A DNA stretch of 55,351 nucleotides from Deltaproteobacteria bacterium. Its GTDB lineage: Bacteria > JAEEML01. Shown one piece after another: positions 8,538-17,120 of the stretch. Each line of letters begins with the position of its first letter. The first letter of the stretch is position 1. The stretch is from the NCBI GenBank assembly GCA_016283195.1, contig JAEEML010000025.1, forward strand, positions 1 through 55,351. The letters run 5' to 3'. The notes below the pieces were generated by a model. It worked only from the letters and a program-made list of their open reading frames with translations. It was not told where the DNA came from and did no database searches. Made by a program: the position numbers and the translations under genes.

Positions 8538-10370
8538 ATGTCCAGTTCCCTGCTTTTTGGGAATTATGTTCTGCTTGGTCGAACTCATCAAAGTGCGGTG
8601 GTTGATACTTATATCGCCCACTCAATCAATGAGCTTGAGGCACCTGTTTTTTATCAACTTGAGCGCCTTAGAAGTGCCGCTCGTAAAAATCTCACCGATG
8701 CCCAAAATGTTTTTCAGGAAGCTACCGCTCGCCTGGCGCAAATTGATTCCCCGGAAGTGCCAAGAGTTATTTCTTCCGGCTCTCTCGAAGGGGAAATATA
8801 TTGGGCACGCCACTATATAGATGCGCGACCTCTGGCGCAGGTCCTTAAAAAGTTAGCCCACTTAAAGGTTTCTCTTAGTGATGCTATGGTGGCGCATATT
8901 GTTGGAAAATTGGCCGGGACATTGCCTGATGTTTTAAAACTTGATGGCACATTCCCTTTGATAGCCCCTTATCCGCGCCATGTTTTAGTTGGCTTTGACG
9001 GCCGCATATATAATGCCGATATCGGTCTTTCTTTTTGGCTTTCTGCTCAGCCTAAGAGTGAGCTTACCGAAGAGCGCTGGCGTCTGCCTTATATTGCTCC
9101 GGAAGAATTAAATGGCGGTAAAGTTGAGCAAAAGACGGCTGTTTATGTTTTAGGAACGCTCATGTTTGAGCTTTTGGCTGGGAGGCGTCTTTTTGCCAAA
9201 GGTAGCGATAAGGAGATTGTTAAGCGCATAGCGGCCGGTGAATATACGCAAATTAGCGCTTTAAAGTCGGCTATAAGTAGCGAATTAGCTGATTTACTTA
9301 AATCTATGTTGGAACTTCTTCCGGAAAATCGCCCTTCAGGTGGCGAAATTATAGCTGCTCTGGCTCCGTTGGCAGAAAATGGCGAGAAAGATTGGAATGA
9401 GCTTATTGCTAAGCATTTCCAGGAAGAAAAGGCGGCCGATGAAGCTAATATGGCTACTCTTAAGGATAAAGTAGCTAAATTCAAAGCAGAGCAGGAAGGT
9501 AGCGGTAGCGCAAAAGCAGAAGCTAAGTCTAGGCGCCAAGAAGTTGTTACCGAAGAGATAGGTGCAGATGAGCCTGCAGAAGAGCAGGAAGCAAAGCCGG
9601 TGCGCCGAGACGAAAGCGCTATTCCCACTGCCGAATTGGCAGTTCCGCCGGAAGCAGTAGATGCCAAAAAGGAATTTGAAGCCTTAGGCGCTCAATCTGA
9701 TAATGTAGCTGATGCTGCTACATCAATTATTGCTGCTAATTCTATCGCTCTTGGTAATGATGATCCATTTGGTGAGACTTTGCAAAATGCCGATGAATTG
9801 CAAGCCAAAATAATAGCTGCCAAAGAATCAAACGCTGAGCCGCAAGAAGAAAAGTCTCAAGATAAAGGCGAGAAAAAAACAAAAGAGAAAAGCAAAAAAG
9901 ATAAAAAGAAAAAAGCCGCAAAAGAGGTAACTCCTGCTCCGGCCCAAGTGCCTGCCGCAGCTGTGGGGCCAATGGCACAGCAACAGCAGTTAATGCAACC
10001 GTTGCAGCAGTTTCCTGAAGCCCAGCCGCTTATACCTCCGGGATATCAACCAAATGCATATATGGATAATTTTAACATGATGCAGCCAATGTATCCGCAA
10101 AGCACTATGGGAATGATGCCTCCGCAAACACCGCCTGAATCTAAAGGAATTGGGGCTGTCGGCTGGGTGCTTATAGTGCTTTCAATTGTAATTTCAATGA
10201 GTTTGGTGCTTGGAGCGCTCCTTTATTCCAAGGGCCGTTTGCCGCAACTAGAGCGTTTTGGCTTGCCTCATGTAGAAGCTCCGGCAGTAAATACTGGGCC
10301 GGCTATAGTACCTAGCGGGGTTATTGTTGAACAGCCCAGTAACAAGTCGGACAATAATCAAAATAAATAA
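8538..10370 (+). CDS. Membrane-anchored Ser/Thr kinase-like protein (probable pseudokinase)
   Basis: Kinase-fold landmarks FGNYVLL, VLVGFDGRI, DIG, YIAPE, LFAK, RP, followed by a long low-complexity linker and a TM helix. Catalytic motifs are degenerate. Confidence 0.8.
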   Translation: MSSSLLFGNYVLLGRTHQSAVVDTYIAHSINELEAPVFYQLERLRSAARKNLTDAQNVFQEATARLAQIDSPEVPRVISSGSLEGEIYWARHYIDARPLAQVLKKLAHLKVSLSDAMVAHIVGKLAGTLPDVLKLDGTFPLIAPYPRHVLVGFDGRIYNADIGLSFWLSAQPKSELTEERWRLPYIAPEELNGGKVEQKTAVYVLGTLMFELLAGRRLFAKGSDKEIVKRIAAGEYTQISALKSAISSELADLLKSMLELLPENRPSGGEIIAALAPLAENGEKDWNELIAKHFQEEKAADEANMATLKDKVAKFKAEQEGSGSAKAEAKSRRQEVVTEEIGADEPAEEQEAKPVRRDESAIPTAELAVPPEAVDAKKEFEALGAQSDNVADAATSIIAANSIALGNDDPFGETLQNADELQAKIIAAKESNAEPQEEKSQDKGEKKTKEKSKKDKKKKAAKEVTPAPAQVPAAAVGPMAQQQQLMQPLQQFPEAQPLIPPGYQPNAYMDNFNMMQPMYPQSTMGMMPPQTPPESKGIGAVGWVLIVLSIVISMSLVLGALLYSKGRLPQLERFGLPHVEAPAVNTGPAIVPSGVIVEQPSNKSDNNQNK

Positions 10371-13348
10371 CCATATAAAATATAAAAGTTATTAGTCCAT
10401 TCAGGACCAATTCCCCGTGCAAAGCCGATGCTTAGGGTGCCGGCTTCATAGTAGGCGATTTTTATATCGAGGCGTAATTCCGCTCCGGGGCCGATGGCTA
10501 GGCGCCCATTTTGCATATCTTTCAGCGAATCAACCAAATAGGCGGCATCGCAGAAAAAGGCCAGGTGCAATTGGTCAAAGTATATAGGCAGGGTGGAAAT
10601 GCCGCGCTGGATGCGCCAAAGCAAAAGGCGCCATTCAAGTGTGCCCTTGATATAGCTATTGCCGGAAAGTGCAGCCATATTAAAACCGCGCAGATAATTT
10701 AAAGTATAAGAGCCCAAAGAAGAAATGGCACCGGCTATATTGCTGATTTCCGGCCCGCCGAGCGAGTAAAGGTAGTTTGGCGAATCCGGGCTAAAGCCAA
10801 AGGCCCCCTGAATGCGCCAGGCTAAAGTGGAACGTAGTGTTGGAATATTTTGATATTGTTGATAATTATAGCTTAGATGGTAACTCTCCTGAGTTGAACC
10901 GAAGGCCTTATGTTCACACTCCAAGCCTAAAGAGAAAGAGAGCCCTCTGGCATTGTGCAGACTTTGGTAATACGAACGCACGGTGGAAAAGTTAAAATAA
11001 AAACCCAGCCGGCCAAAATGGTTGTCCGGCAATTCGATTTTTTCCTTACTCTCCGGAAAATAGCGCTCTCTAAAGAATGGGCGGTAAAAACTAAAGCGGT
11101 AACTTAGAGAAAAACTCATGCTATAGCGCCAGCGGCTTATCGGATAGCTTAAACTGAGTGAGGCACTGGTGATTTTATGGGCCAGGCGCCTTTCCCAGGG
11201 GCGGGAAATGGAGGCGCGGCCCATGCCAAGGTAGTGAGAAAAGCCTAAGCCGATGTTGATAGGCCAGAAGCCTGTGGAATAGCTAAGGCTTACTCCTGGA
11301 TAGTAACTGGCTAGGCCATAATCTAAGGAAAATGAATAATTATGGTGATTTAATATGTCACTTCCCGATGTGGTAAAACCAAGACTATAGCCGTAAGGAT
11401 CCTGCGTAAGTGTGGGCAGCCATAGGCGCGGCAGTAAGGTATACCAAGGAGAATATTTCTTTTTAGACCAGTTTTGCTGCTCTGCACTTTGGGTAAGGCT
11501 ATTATTGGTATTTGTGGCAGTTTTAAGCGGCTCATTAAGTGAATTATGGTCAGCTATATTGGCTGCTATTGGCGAAAAGAGGGCCTGGGCCGGGCAAGGT
11601 ACTGTAGCGCGTTCAAGCCACGCTTCGCGATTTTGTGGTAACATGGCTACATTATAGCCATTCTCACCAAGTTTAAGAAAATAGAGGGCCTTGCCGGCTT
11701 CCAATGGATAAAATGCCCCGGCTATTTCATCGCTAATTTGATAAAGATGGCAAATATCATTGCCAGCCGGGGTTAAAGCAAAGATATTAAAGGTTTCATC
11801 GTCCAAATCGCCATGAAAATAAAGAATATCACCATTTGCAGAAAAGTGCTGCCCACTGAGCAAATGGCCACCTGGAGAAAAGCGGGTTTTATGGCGATAG
11901 CTATTGCCAGCGCGACGAAAAATATCAAAATAGCGCTTGCCGCCCTCTGTCCAGGTGGCAGTGATGATGAGATTATCGTCAGGTGAAAATTGCGGATAAT
12001 AAAATACCTCGGAATTATTGGCTTTTTTTATTAACTTCTTTTGGCTGAAATCGCTGCTGGCAAGCCATAGAGAGGAAGTGTTGCCTTCGTTTATTACATA
12101 AGCTAGCCATTTCCCATCATGTGAGAAAACCGGCTGAAAAATGCGCTCCGGTGCTTTTTTAGCGCGGTGCGAAACATGGCGTCCTTTGGATAACTCCATG
12201 AGCTCATTATAAAAAGTAAAAGTATTCTGCCATTCGGTGATAGTGAAAAGCAGGTGGCCATCTTCAGGTGAAATGGCTGGGTGACTGCTGCTTTGGGCTC
12301 TGGATACTTTGCGCACCTTGTTGGTATTTAGATCCAGACGGTATAAGCGGCTGTCATCATTGCCGTTGCCGCTGACAAAATAGATATTATTCTCATAAAG
12401 CAAAAGCGGGCTCTTGCTGTGGCCGTTTTGGGTGAGAAGCGTACTTTTAGGCAGAGCACGAGCCGCTATGGCCTCTCCTTTGGCCTTAGCTGCACTGTTT
12501 AAATTGCTTATAAGCAATTTGTAAACGTCATTTATTTTAAGATTACCGGCACTAAAAGCCTTGGTTTGGATAAAGTAGGGAATAACAGAAGTGCCATATA
12601 GATGTGAATAGGCCGCCGGCCATCTATTGCCGCTTAATTCTCCGAAAAGATTGATCATATGGCCGCCGAAAAGGTAAGGAATAGTGCCATAAGGCCACTT
12701 GGCGGCGGCATTAGTTATTTGGTCTAATTTTGGCAGCTCGCCGGCGGCGGCCAGGGCGCGCAGGTAGCCGGTCATCAGCGGCGAATTCAAGCGGCCCGGT
12801 GTGCCGTTCAAAGATTCGGCATAGACAGCATAGCCTTCAATAAGCCATTGTGGCTGAATAGAATTAGGGCTCCACCAGGGGCCAAAGATGGTGTTAAAAG
12901 CTTTGGGCAGGCCGTGCACGGTATCCAGTTGCAAAATATGCATATATTCATGAGTGAGCAGGCTGTCGGTGCGGTCGGCCATATCCATGAGCTCGCTCAA
13001 ATCGGTGGGCGGCGTAACATAATATTTTATTATGGGCATGGGGCTGGTTTGGGCGCTGCCGTTGGCGCTATCAGTGTGGTCGGTGATAAGCAAAACCACT
13101 TTTGAGGTGGGATAATGGCGCATAAGCGGGCCGAGATCCAAATAGCGCTGCTCCAGGATAAGAGCGCTTTTTTCGGCCAGGAGTTCCAGCTTTTCTGGGT
13201 AATAAATAATAAAGTGCTTAGTTGAGAGCTGCTGCCAGTTTAGTGCTGGATCATAGCCGGCTCTAAGGGGCGCAGCGCTCAAAAAGCATAGCAAAAAAGC
13301 TAATATTCCTGCCTTGATAGCGCCGCTTATAAGCCGGGTTTCAGCCAT
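10358..13348 (-). CDS. Omp85/BamA-TamA family protein with N-terminal gluzincin-like domain and PD40/beta-propeller
   Basis: Signal peptide, THEYMH plus WLIEGYA, repeated P.FS.DG propeller motifs, C-terminal barrel with YLRGF and terminal Phe. Confidence 0.8.
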   Translation of the reverse strand: MAETRLISGAIKAGILAFLLCFLSAAPLRAGYDPALNWQQLSTKHFIIYYPEKLELLAEKSALILEQRYLDLGPLMRHYPTSKVVLLITDHTDSANGSAQTSPMPIIKYYVTPPTDLSELMDMADRTDSLLTHEYMHILQLDTVHGLPKAFNTIFGPWWSPNSIQPQWLIEGYAVYAESLNGTPGRLNSPLMTGYLRALAAAGELPKLDQITNAAAKWPYGTIPYLFGGHMINLFGELSGNRWPAAYSHLYGTSVIPYFIQTKAFSAGNLKINDVYKLLISNLNSAAKAKGEAIAARALPKSTLLTQNGHSKSPLLLYENNIYFVSGNGNDDSRLYRLDLNTNKVRKVSRAQSSSHPAISPEDGHLLFTITEWQNTFTFYNELMELSKGRHVSHRAKKAPERIFQPVFSHDGKWLAYVINEGNTSSLWLASSDFSQKKLIKKANNSEVFYYPQFSPDDNLIITATWTEGGKRYFDIFRRAGNSYRHKTRFSPGGHLLSGQHFSANGDILYFHGDLDDETFNIFALTPAGNDICHLYQISDEIAGAFYPLEAGKALYFLKLGENGYNVAMLPQNREAWLERATVPCPAQALFSPIAANIADHNSLNEPLKTATNTNNSLTQSAEQQNWSKKKYSPWYTLLPRLWLPTLTQDPYGYSLGFTTSGSDILNHHNYSFSLDYGLASYYPGVSLSYSTGFWPINIGLGFSHYLGMGRASISRPWERRLAHKITSASLSLSYPISRWRYSMSFSLSYRFSFYRPFFRERYFPESKEKIELPDNHFGRLGFYFNFSTVRSYYQSLHNARGLSFSLGLECEHKAFGSTQESYHLSYNYQQYQNIPTLRSTLAWRIQGAFGFSPDSPNYLYSLGGPEISNIAGAISSLGSYTLNYLRGFNMAALSGNSYIKGTLEWRLLLWRIQRGISTLPIYFDQLHLAFFCDAAYLVDSLKDMQNGRLAIGPGAELRLDIKIAYYEAGTLSIGFARGIGPEWTNNFYILYGYLF

Positions 13349-13353
13349 GAAAT

Positions 13354-14118
13354 TTAGCTTTCGTTATTAACAGCCATTTGCACATATACCAGGGAGAGCA
13401 GGGTAAAGACAGTGGCCTGGATAAAACTCGTCATCATGCCCAAAAGGACAATGGGAATCGGCACAAGCGGAGCGCAGAGGCCAACAAAAACGCCAACTAT
13501 TTTGTGATCGCCCATCATGTTGGCCATAAGACGCACGCTTAAAGAAAAGGGGCGGGCGATGTGGCTTACCATTTCAATTACCAGGAAAAAGGGAGCCATA
13601 AACCACCCCCACCAGGTGCCGGCGGGGTTCACTGTGTGGGCAATGTAATGTAAACCTTGCACTCTAAAGGCCCAAAAATTGTAATAAATAAAGACAAATA
13701 TAGCGGCTGCTACCGTGGTGTTCCAATTTTCGGTTGGCGGAATAAACCCCGGCAAAAGGCCCAGTAAATTAGAAAAAAGCACAAACATACCGAGAGCGGC
13801 AATAACCGGAAAATGTTTGGCGGCATTGGCAGGCCCTAAAAGCTCGCGGCACTGTTTGTAAACCATCTCCAGAAGCACTTCTATAGCGCCCATAAAAGAA
13901 GGATTGGGAGCAGGTAAAATGCGCTCCTTATCGCTATAAGAAAGGCGGTAGTGCAGGCCGATAGTCAGCATGATAATAAAGACTAAAATAGCGCCGATAA
14001 CATGTTGTAAAACAATAGGCGCGCCTTCCACCAGAGAGGCCGGGAGGCGGGAAGCTATATTCTCTTGTAAATCCATAAAACCCGGCACTATATCGAGCCA
14101 GGTAGCGGGATGTTCCAT
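13354..14118 (-). CDS. atpB: F0F1 ATP synthase subunit a
   Basis: FSNLLGLLPGF.PPT, IEMVSHIARPFSLSVRLMANM (essential Arg present), IQATVFTLLSLVY. Confidence 0.95.
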   Translation of the reverse strand: MEHPATWLDIVPGFMDLQENIASRLPASLVEGAPIVLQHVIGAILVFIIMLTIGLHYRLSYSDKERILPAPNPSFMGAIEVLLEMVYKQCRELLGPANAAKHFPVIAALGMFVLFSNLLGLLPGFIPPTENWNTTVAAAIFVFIYYNFWAFRVQGLHYIAHTVNPAGTWWGWFMAPFFLVIEMVSHIARPFSLSVRLMANMMGDHKIVGVFVGLCAPLVPIPIVLLGMMTSFIQATVFTLLSLVYVQMAVNNES

Positions 14119-14162
14119 CTGCTTGCTCCAACGGAGGCTAAATATTAAGCGCTCCGGTAGAT

Positions 14163-15545
14163 CTATTTACTACATAAATTGCGGCGCAGGAAGTGGCCGG
14201 CGCCAAATTTTCCTAAAAATTTGCCATCTTGGGCAATAATTTGCCCATGGCTTATGGTGCAAACAGGCCAGCCGCTTAAATGCATGCCTTCATAAGGTGA
14301 GCAATCGCTCATGGTGGCCATATTTTCGCCGCTTTTTAGTGTGATCTCTTTATGTGGATCAAAGATAACTACATCGGCATCTTTGCCAATATTTAGCGCG
14401 CCTTTTTGCGGCAGACCATGAATTTTAGCCGGATTAGTGGCGATGAGGTCAACCCAGCGCTCCAGTGAATAAAACTTTAGATCGGCGGCCATGTGGTAAC
14501 TAAGTGGCAAAAGCAGGTCCACACCGGGCAGGCCAAAAGCCATTTTGTGATAATCGCCGCCCCAGCTCTCTTTTTGCTGGCGATTAAAGGCGCAGGTGTC
14601 GGTGCCCAAAAGGTCAACAGCACCGGCCTTTATGGCTTCTTGCATGGTTCTTACCTCATCTTTGTGGCGCACCGGCGGGCAACTGGCGTAGAGATAGCCA
14701 TCGGGCCTTTTGTAGAGCTCGTCATTTAAGAGAAAATATTGCGGGCAGCTCTCTCCAATGACATCTATGCCACATTCTCTCGCCGCTTTGACCATCATTG
14801 CCGACCTGGCTGTTGACATGTGCACTACATAAAGATGGCCGCCGGTGGCCTCAGCCCAGGTAATGGCTCTTTGCACTGCTTCCCATTCGGTAATGGGCGG
14901 GCGGCTCATAATGTGAGCGTAGGCGCCATATTTTTCTTTATGCGCCGGGTCGCTATCTACCTCTTTTTGCAAAAGCGAGATGAGAAAGTCGTTTTCGCAG
15001 TGCACTTCAATTCTAAGGCCTGTCTCTTTGGATATAGTGAGCAGTTGCCATAAAACATCATCGCCGGCCATCCAACCTCTATCTTTATAATTCATATAAA
15101 GCTTTATGGAGCTCACGCCGAGAGCCGGCATAGCGCGGATTTGCTCTTCATTTACGGCATTGCCAAGTACCGACATGTGAATGCCGAAATCAATGCAGGA
15201 GTGGCCACTAGCCTCATTATAGCGCTCTTTGAAGGAATCTTCTAAAGACTGGCCATCGTTTGGTGTGGCAAAGTCAATAATGGTGGTGACACCGCCCAAG
15301 GCCGCCGCTCTGGTGCCGCTCTCCATGTTGTCCACTGTATCGCCAACAGGCAGGTGTAGGCCCAAGTGCACATGGCCATCTATGGCGCCGGGGATAACCA
15401 GCTTATCTTTGGCCGAAAGCTCTTTTTCACCATGTAAATCTTCCCCGATGGCCGCTATTTTGCCGTTTCGTATGGCCACATCGGCGGCAAAAATGGCGCC
15501 GCCACTAATACAGGTGCCTTCGCGAATAACAAGATCATAGCTCAT
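14163..15545 (-). CDS. hydA: Dihydropyrimidinase / D-hydantoinase family amidohydrolase
   Basis: PGAIDGHVH, GTRAAALGGVTTIIDF, SIKLYM, VHCEN, YVVHMS, ESCPQY, NPAKIHGL motifs. Confidence 0.85.
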   Translation of the reverse strand: MSYDLVIREGTCISGGAIFAADVAIRNGKIAAIGEDLHGEKELSAKDKLVIPGAIDGHVHLGLHLPVGDTVDNMESGTRAAALGGVTTIIDFATPNDGQSLEDSFKERYNEASGHSCIDFGIHMSVLGNAVNEEQIRAMPALGVSSIKLYMNYKDRGWMAGDDVLWQLLTISKETGLRIEVHCENDFLISLLQKEVDSDPAHKEKYGAYAHIMSRPPITEWEAVQRAITWAEATGGHLYVVHMSTARSAMMVKAARECGIDVIGESCPQYFLLNDELYKRPDGYLYASCPPVRHKDEVRTMQEAIKAGAVDLLGTDTCAFNRQQKESWGGDYHKMAFGLPGVDLLLPLSYHMAADLKFYSLERWVDLIATNPAKIHGLPQKGALNIGKDADVVIFDPHKEITLKSGENMATMSDCSPYEGMHLSGWPVCTISHGQIIAQDGKFLGKFGAGHFLRRNLCSK

Positions 15546-15569
15546 GAAAAACTCCGTATATTCAGCAGG

Positions 15570-17054
15570 TTAAATTGGTAAAGCCAGGCGCAAGGAAAGG
15601 CCGGCGGTAAAGTGGTTGGCCTTATAAGTACCGGCGGCAATCTCTTCTTGCATGATTAATGAGCCGTCTTTCATTTGGATATCAATGGCTGGTATAATGC
15701 GCGCATTAGAATGCTCAACAGTGGTGGTAAAGCTGTGAATGTAAGCAAATGAGAGATCGATGGTAAATATTTTTGCAATGGTTATGCCGAGACCGGTAGC
15801 CACCCCGATTTTTGGCAAATCCATGCGTGATGTATCCAAATATTCATTAGGAATGGCTCCGCGTTCCCAAAAAAAGCCGCCGCGCAGGGCCAGCATATCG
15901 CCAAGAGGATAATAAGCACCACCAAGGCTGAGCAGCACGCTGGTGCGCCAATGACGTGGCAGAATAATAGTGCCAAAGGTTTTAACACCGTCTATGAGCC
16001 CCAAAGCTTCCAGAGTTTTGTTGTAGAGCTTTATGTTCTTGGTATCGACATAAATATTATCGAGAGTGCTCCAGTCTTCGATTACCGCCGAAAGTTCTAA
16101 ATCCCACTTGGGATAGGCCAGTTGAACAGAAAGACGATAAATATCTGGAATATAAAATGAAATAAGAATAGAATCTTTTTGATCATGGCCGCTTAGCTGC
16201 ATTCCGCCGGTGCTTTTAGTCAGATCTTCAACCGTTTCACCAAAGGTAATATCCAAGCTGCCGTCTGCCCTGGCTTCGATGCCTTTGCTGAAAGAGGCCG
16301 CAAAGCGTACTGGGCCGAAGGGGCCGACTCTAAGGCCCAAAGCAAATGAGCCGGTAAAAGGATCGCGGCCGTCAACTAGAATGGCATTGTCAAAACCGGG
16401 ATCTTCGGAGCCCAGCATATCCGCGCCCATGACCATTGATTGGTGGAATTGCATGTGGATGCCTTGCAAAATAAAGCCGATATCTACTTTAGGATGCAGA
16501 CTAAAGCCCACCCCCAGCTGGAAGTTAATCTGCACCGGACTGCTGACGATGACCGAATAGCGCTGCGCGCCGTCGGCCGGATAATATTCATTGCTGCCAA
16601 GCGGCCCCTGAACGGCAAAGGCTAAAGTAAGCAAGTCTTTGATATTATAACTTAAAGCTGCGGCCGCCGGGCCGATGGAAGTGCCGGTGTTCTCACCAAC
16701 ATCTATGCCGAAAGCCGGCAAAGTCATAAAGGGACCGCCCTGGTTTTTAACAGTTTTAAAATTTGCCAAATCTTCATTGCCGGGAACACCGGCTCGTTTA
16801 AAAGATGATGATTGGTAACCAATATTAGTATCTATTTGAAATTGTAAGCCTTTTAAATCAACTAGTGCAGCCGGGTTCATCCATAGCGCTTCCAAAACGC
16901 CGCCTGGACGCACAATATTGGCACCGCCCCTGGCCATGGTGGCGGCGCCGCGTGTCGGTAAATAATAGCCGCTGGCCAGAGCAGCATCAGCGCTAAAAAA
17001 AGTAGTTGCAAATAAGGTAACTGCCAGAGGCAGTGTCAAATGGTTATACTTCAT
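15570..17054 (-). CDS. FadL/TodX family outer-membrane hydrophobic-compound transporter
   Basis: Signal peptide, ASGYY...MARGGA, NPAAL hatch motif, ALRGGFFWERGAIP. Confidence 0.85.
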   Translation of the reverse strand: MKYNHLTLPLAVTLFATTFFSADAALASGYYLPTRGAATMARGGANIVRPGGVLEALWMNPAALVDLKGLQFQIDTNIGYQSSSFKRAGVPGNEDLANFKTVKNQGGPFMTLPAFGIDVGENTGTSIGPAAAALSYNIKDLLTLAFAVQGPLGSNEYYPADGAQRYSVIVSSPVQINFQLGVGFSLHPKVDIGFILQGIHMQFHQSMVMGADMLGSEDPGFDNAILVDGRDPFTGSFALGLRVGPFGPVRFAASFSKGIEARADGSLDITFGETVEDLTKSTGGMQLSGHDQKDSILISFYIPDIYRLSVQLAYPKWDLELSAVIEDWSTLDNIYVDTKNIKLYNKTLEALGLIDGVKTFGTIILPRHWRTSVLLSLGGAYYPLGDMLALRGGFFWERGAIPNEYLDTSRMDLPKIGVATGLGITIAKIFTIDLSFAYIHSFTTTVEHSNARIIPAIDIQMKDGSLIMQEEIAAGTYKANHFTAGLSLRLALPI

Positions 17055-17120
17055 AAGAACCTCCAACGAGCGTGCATAATAGTCTTATTTGTTGTCAGTG
17101 GCAAGCCTCCAAAGTTTTCT

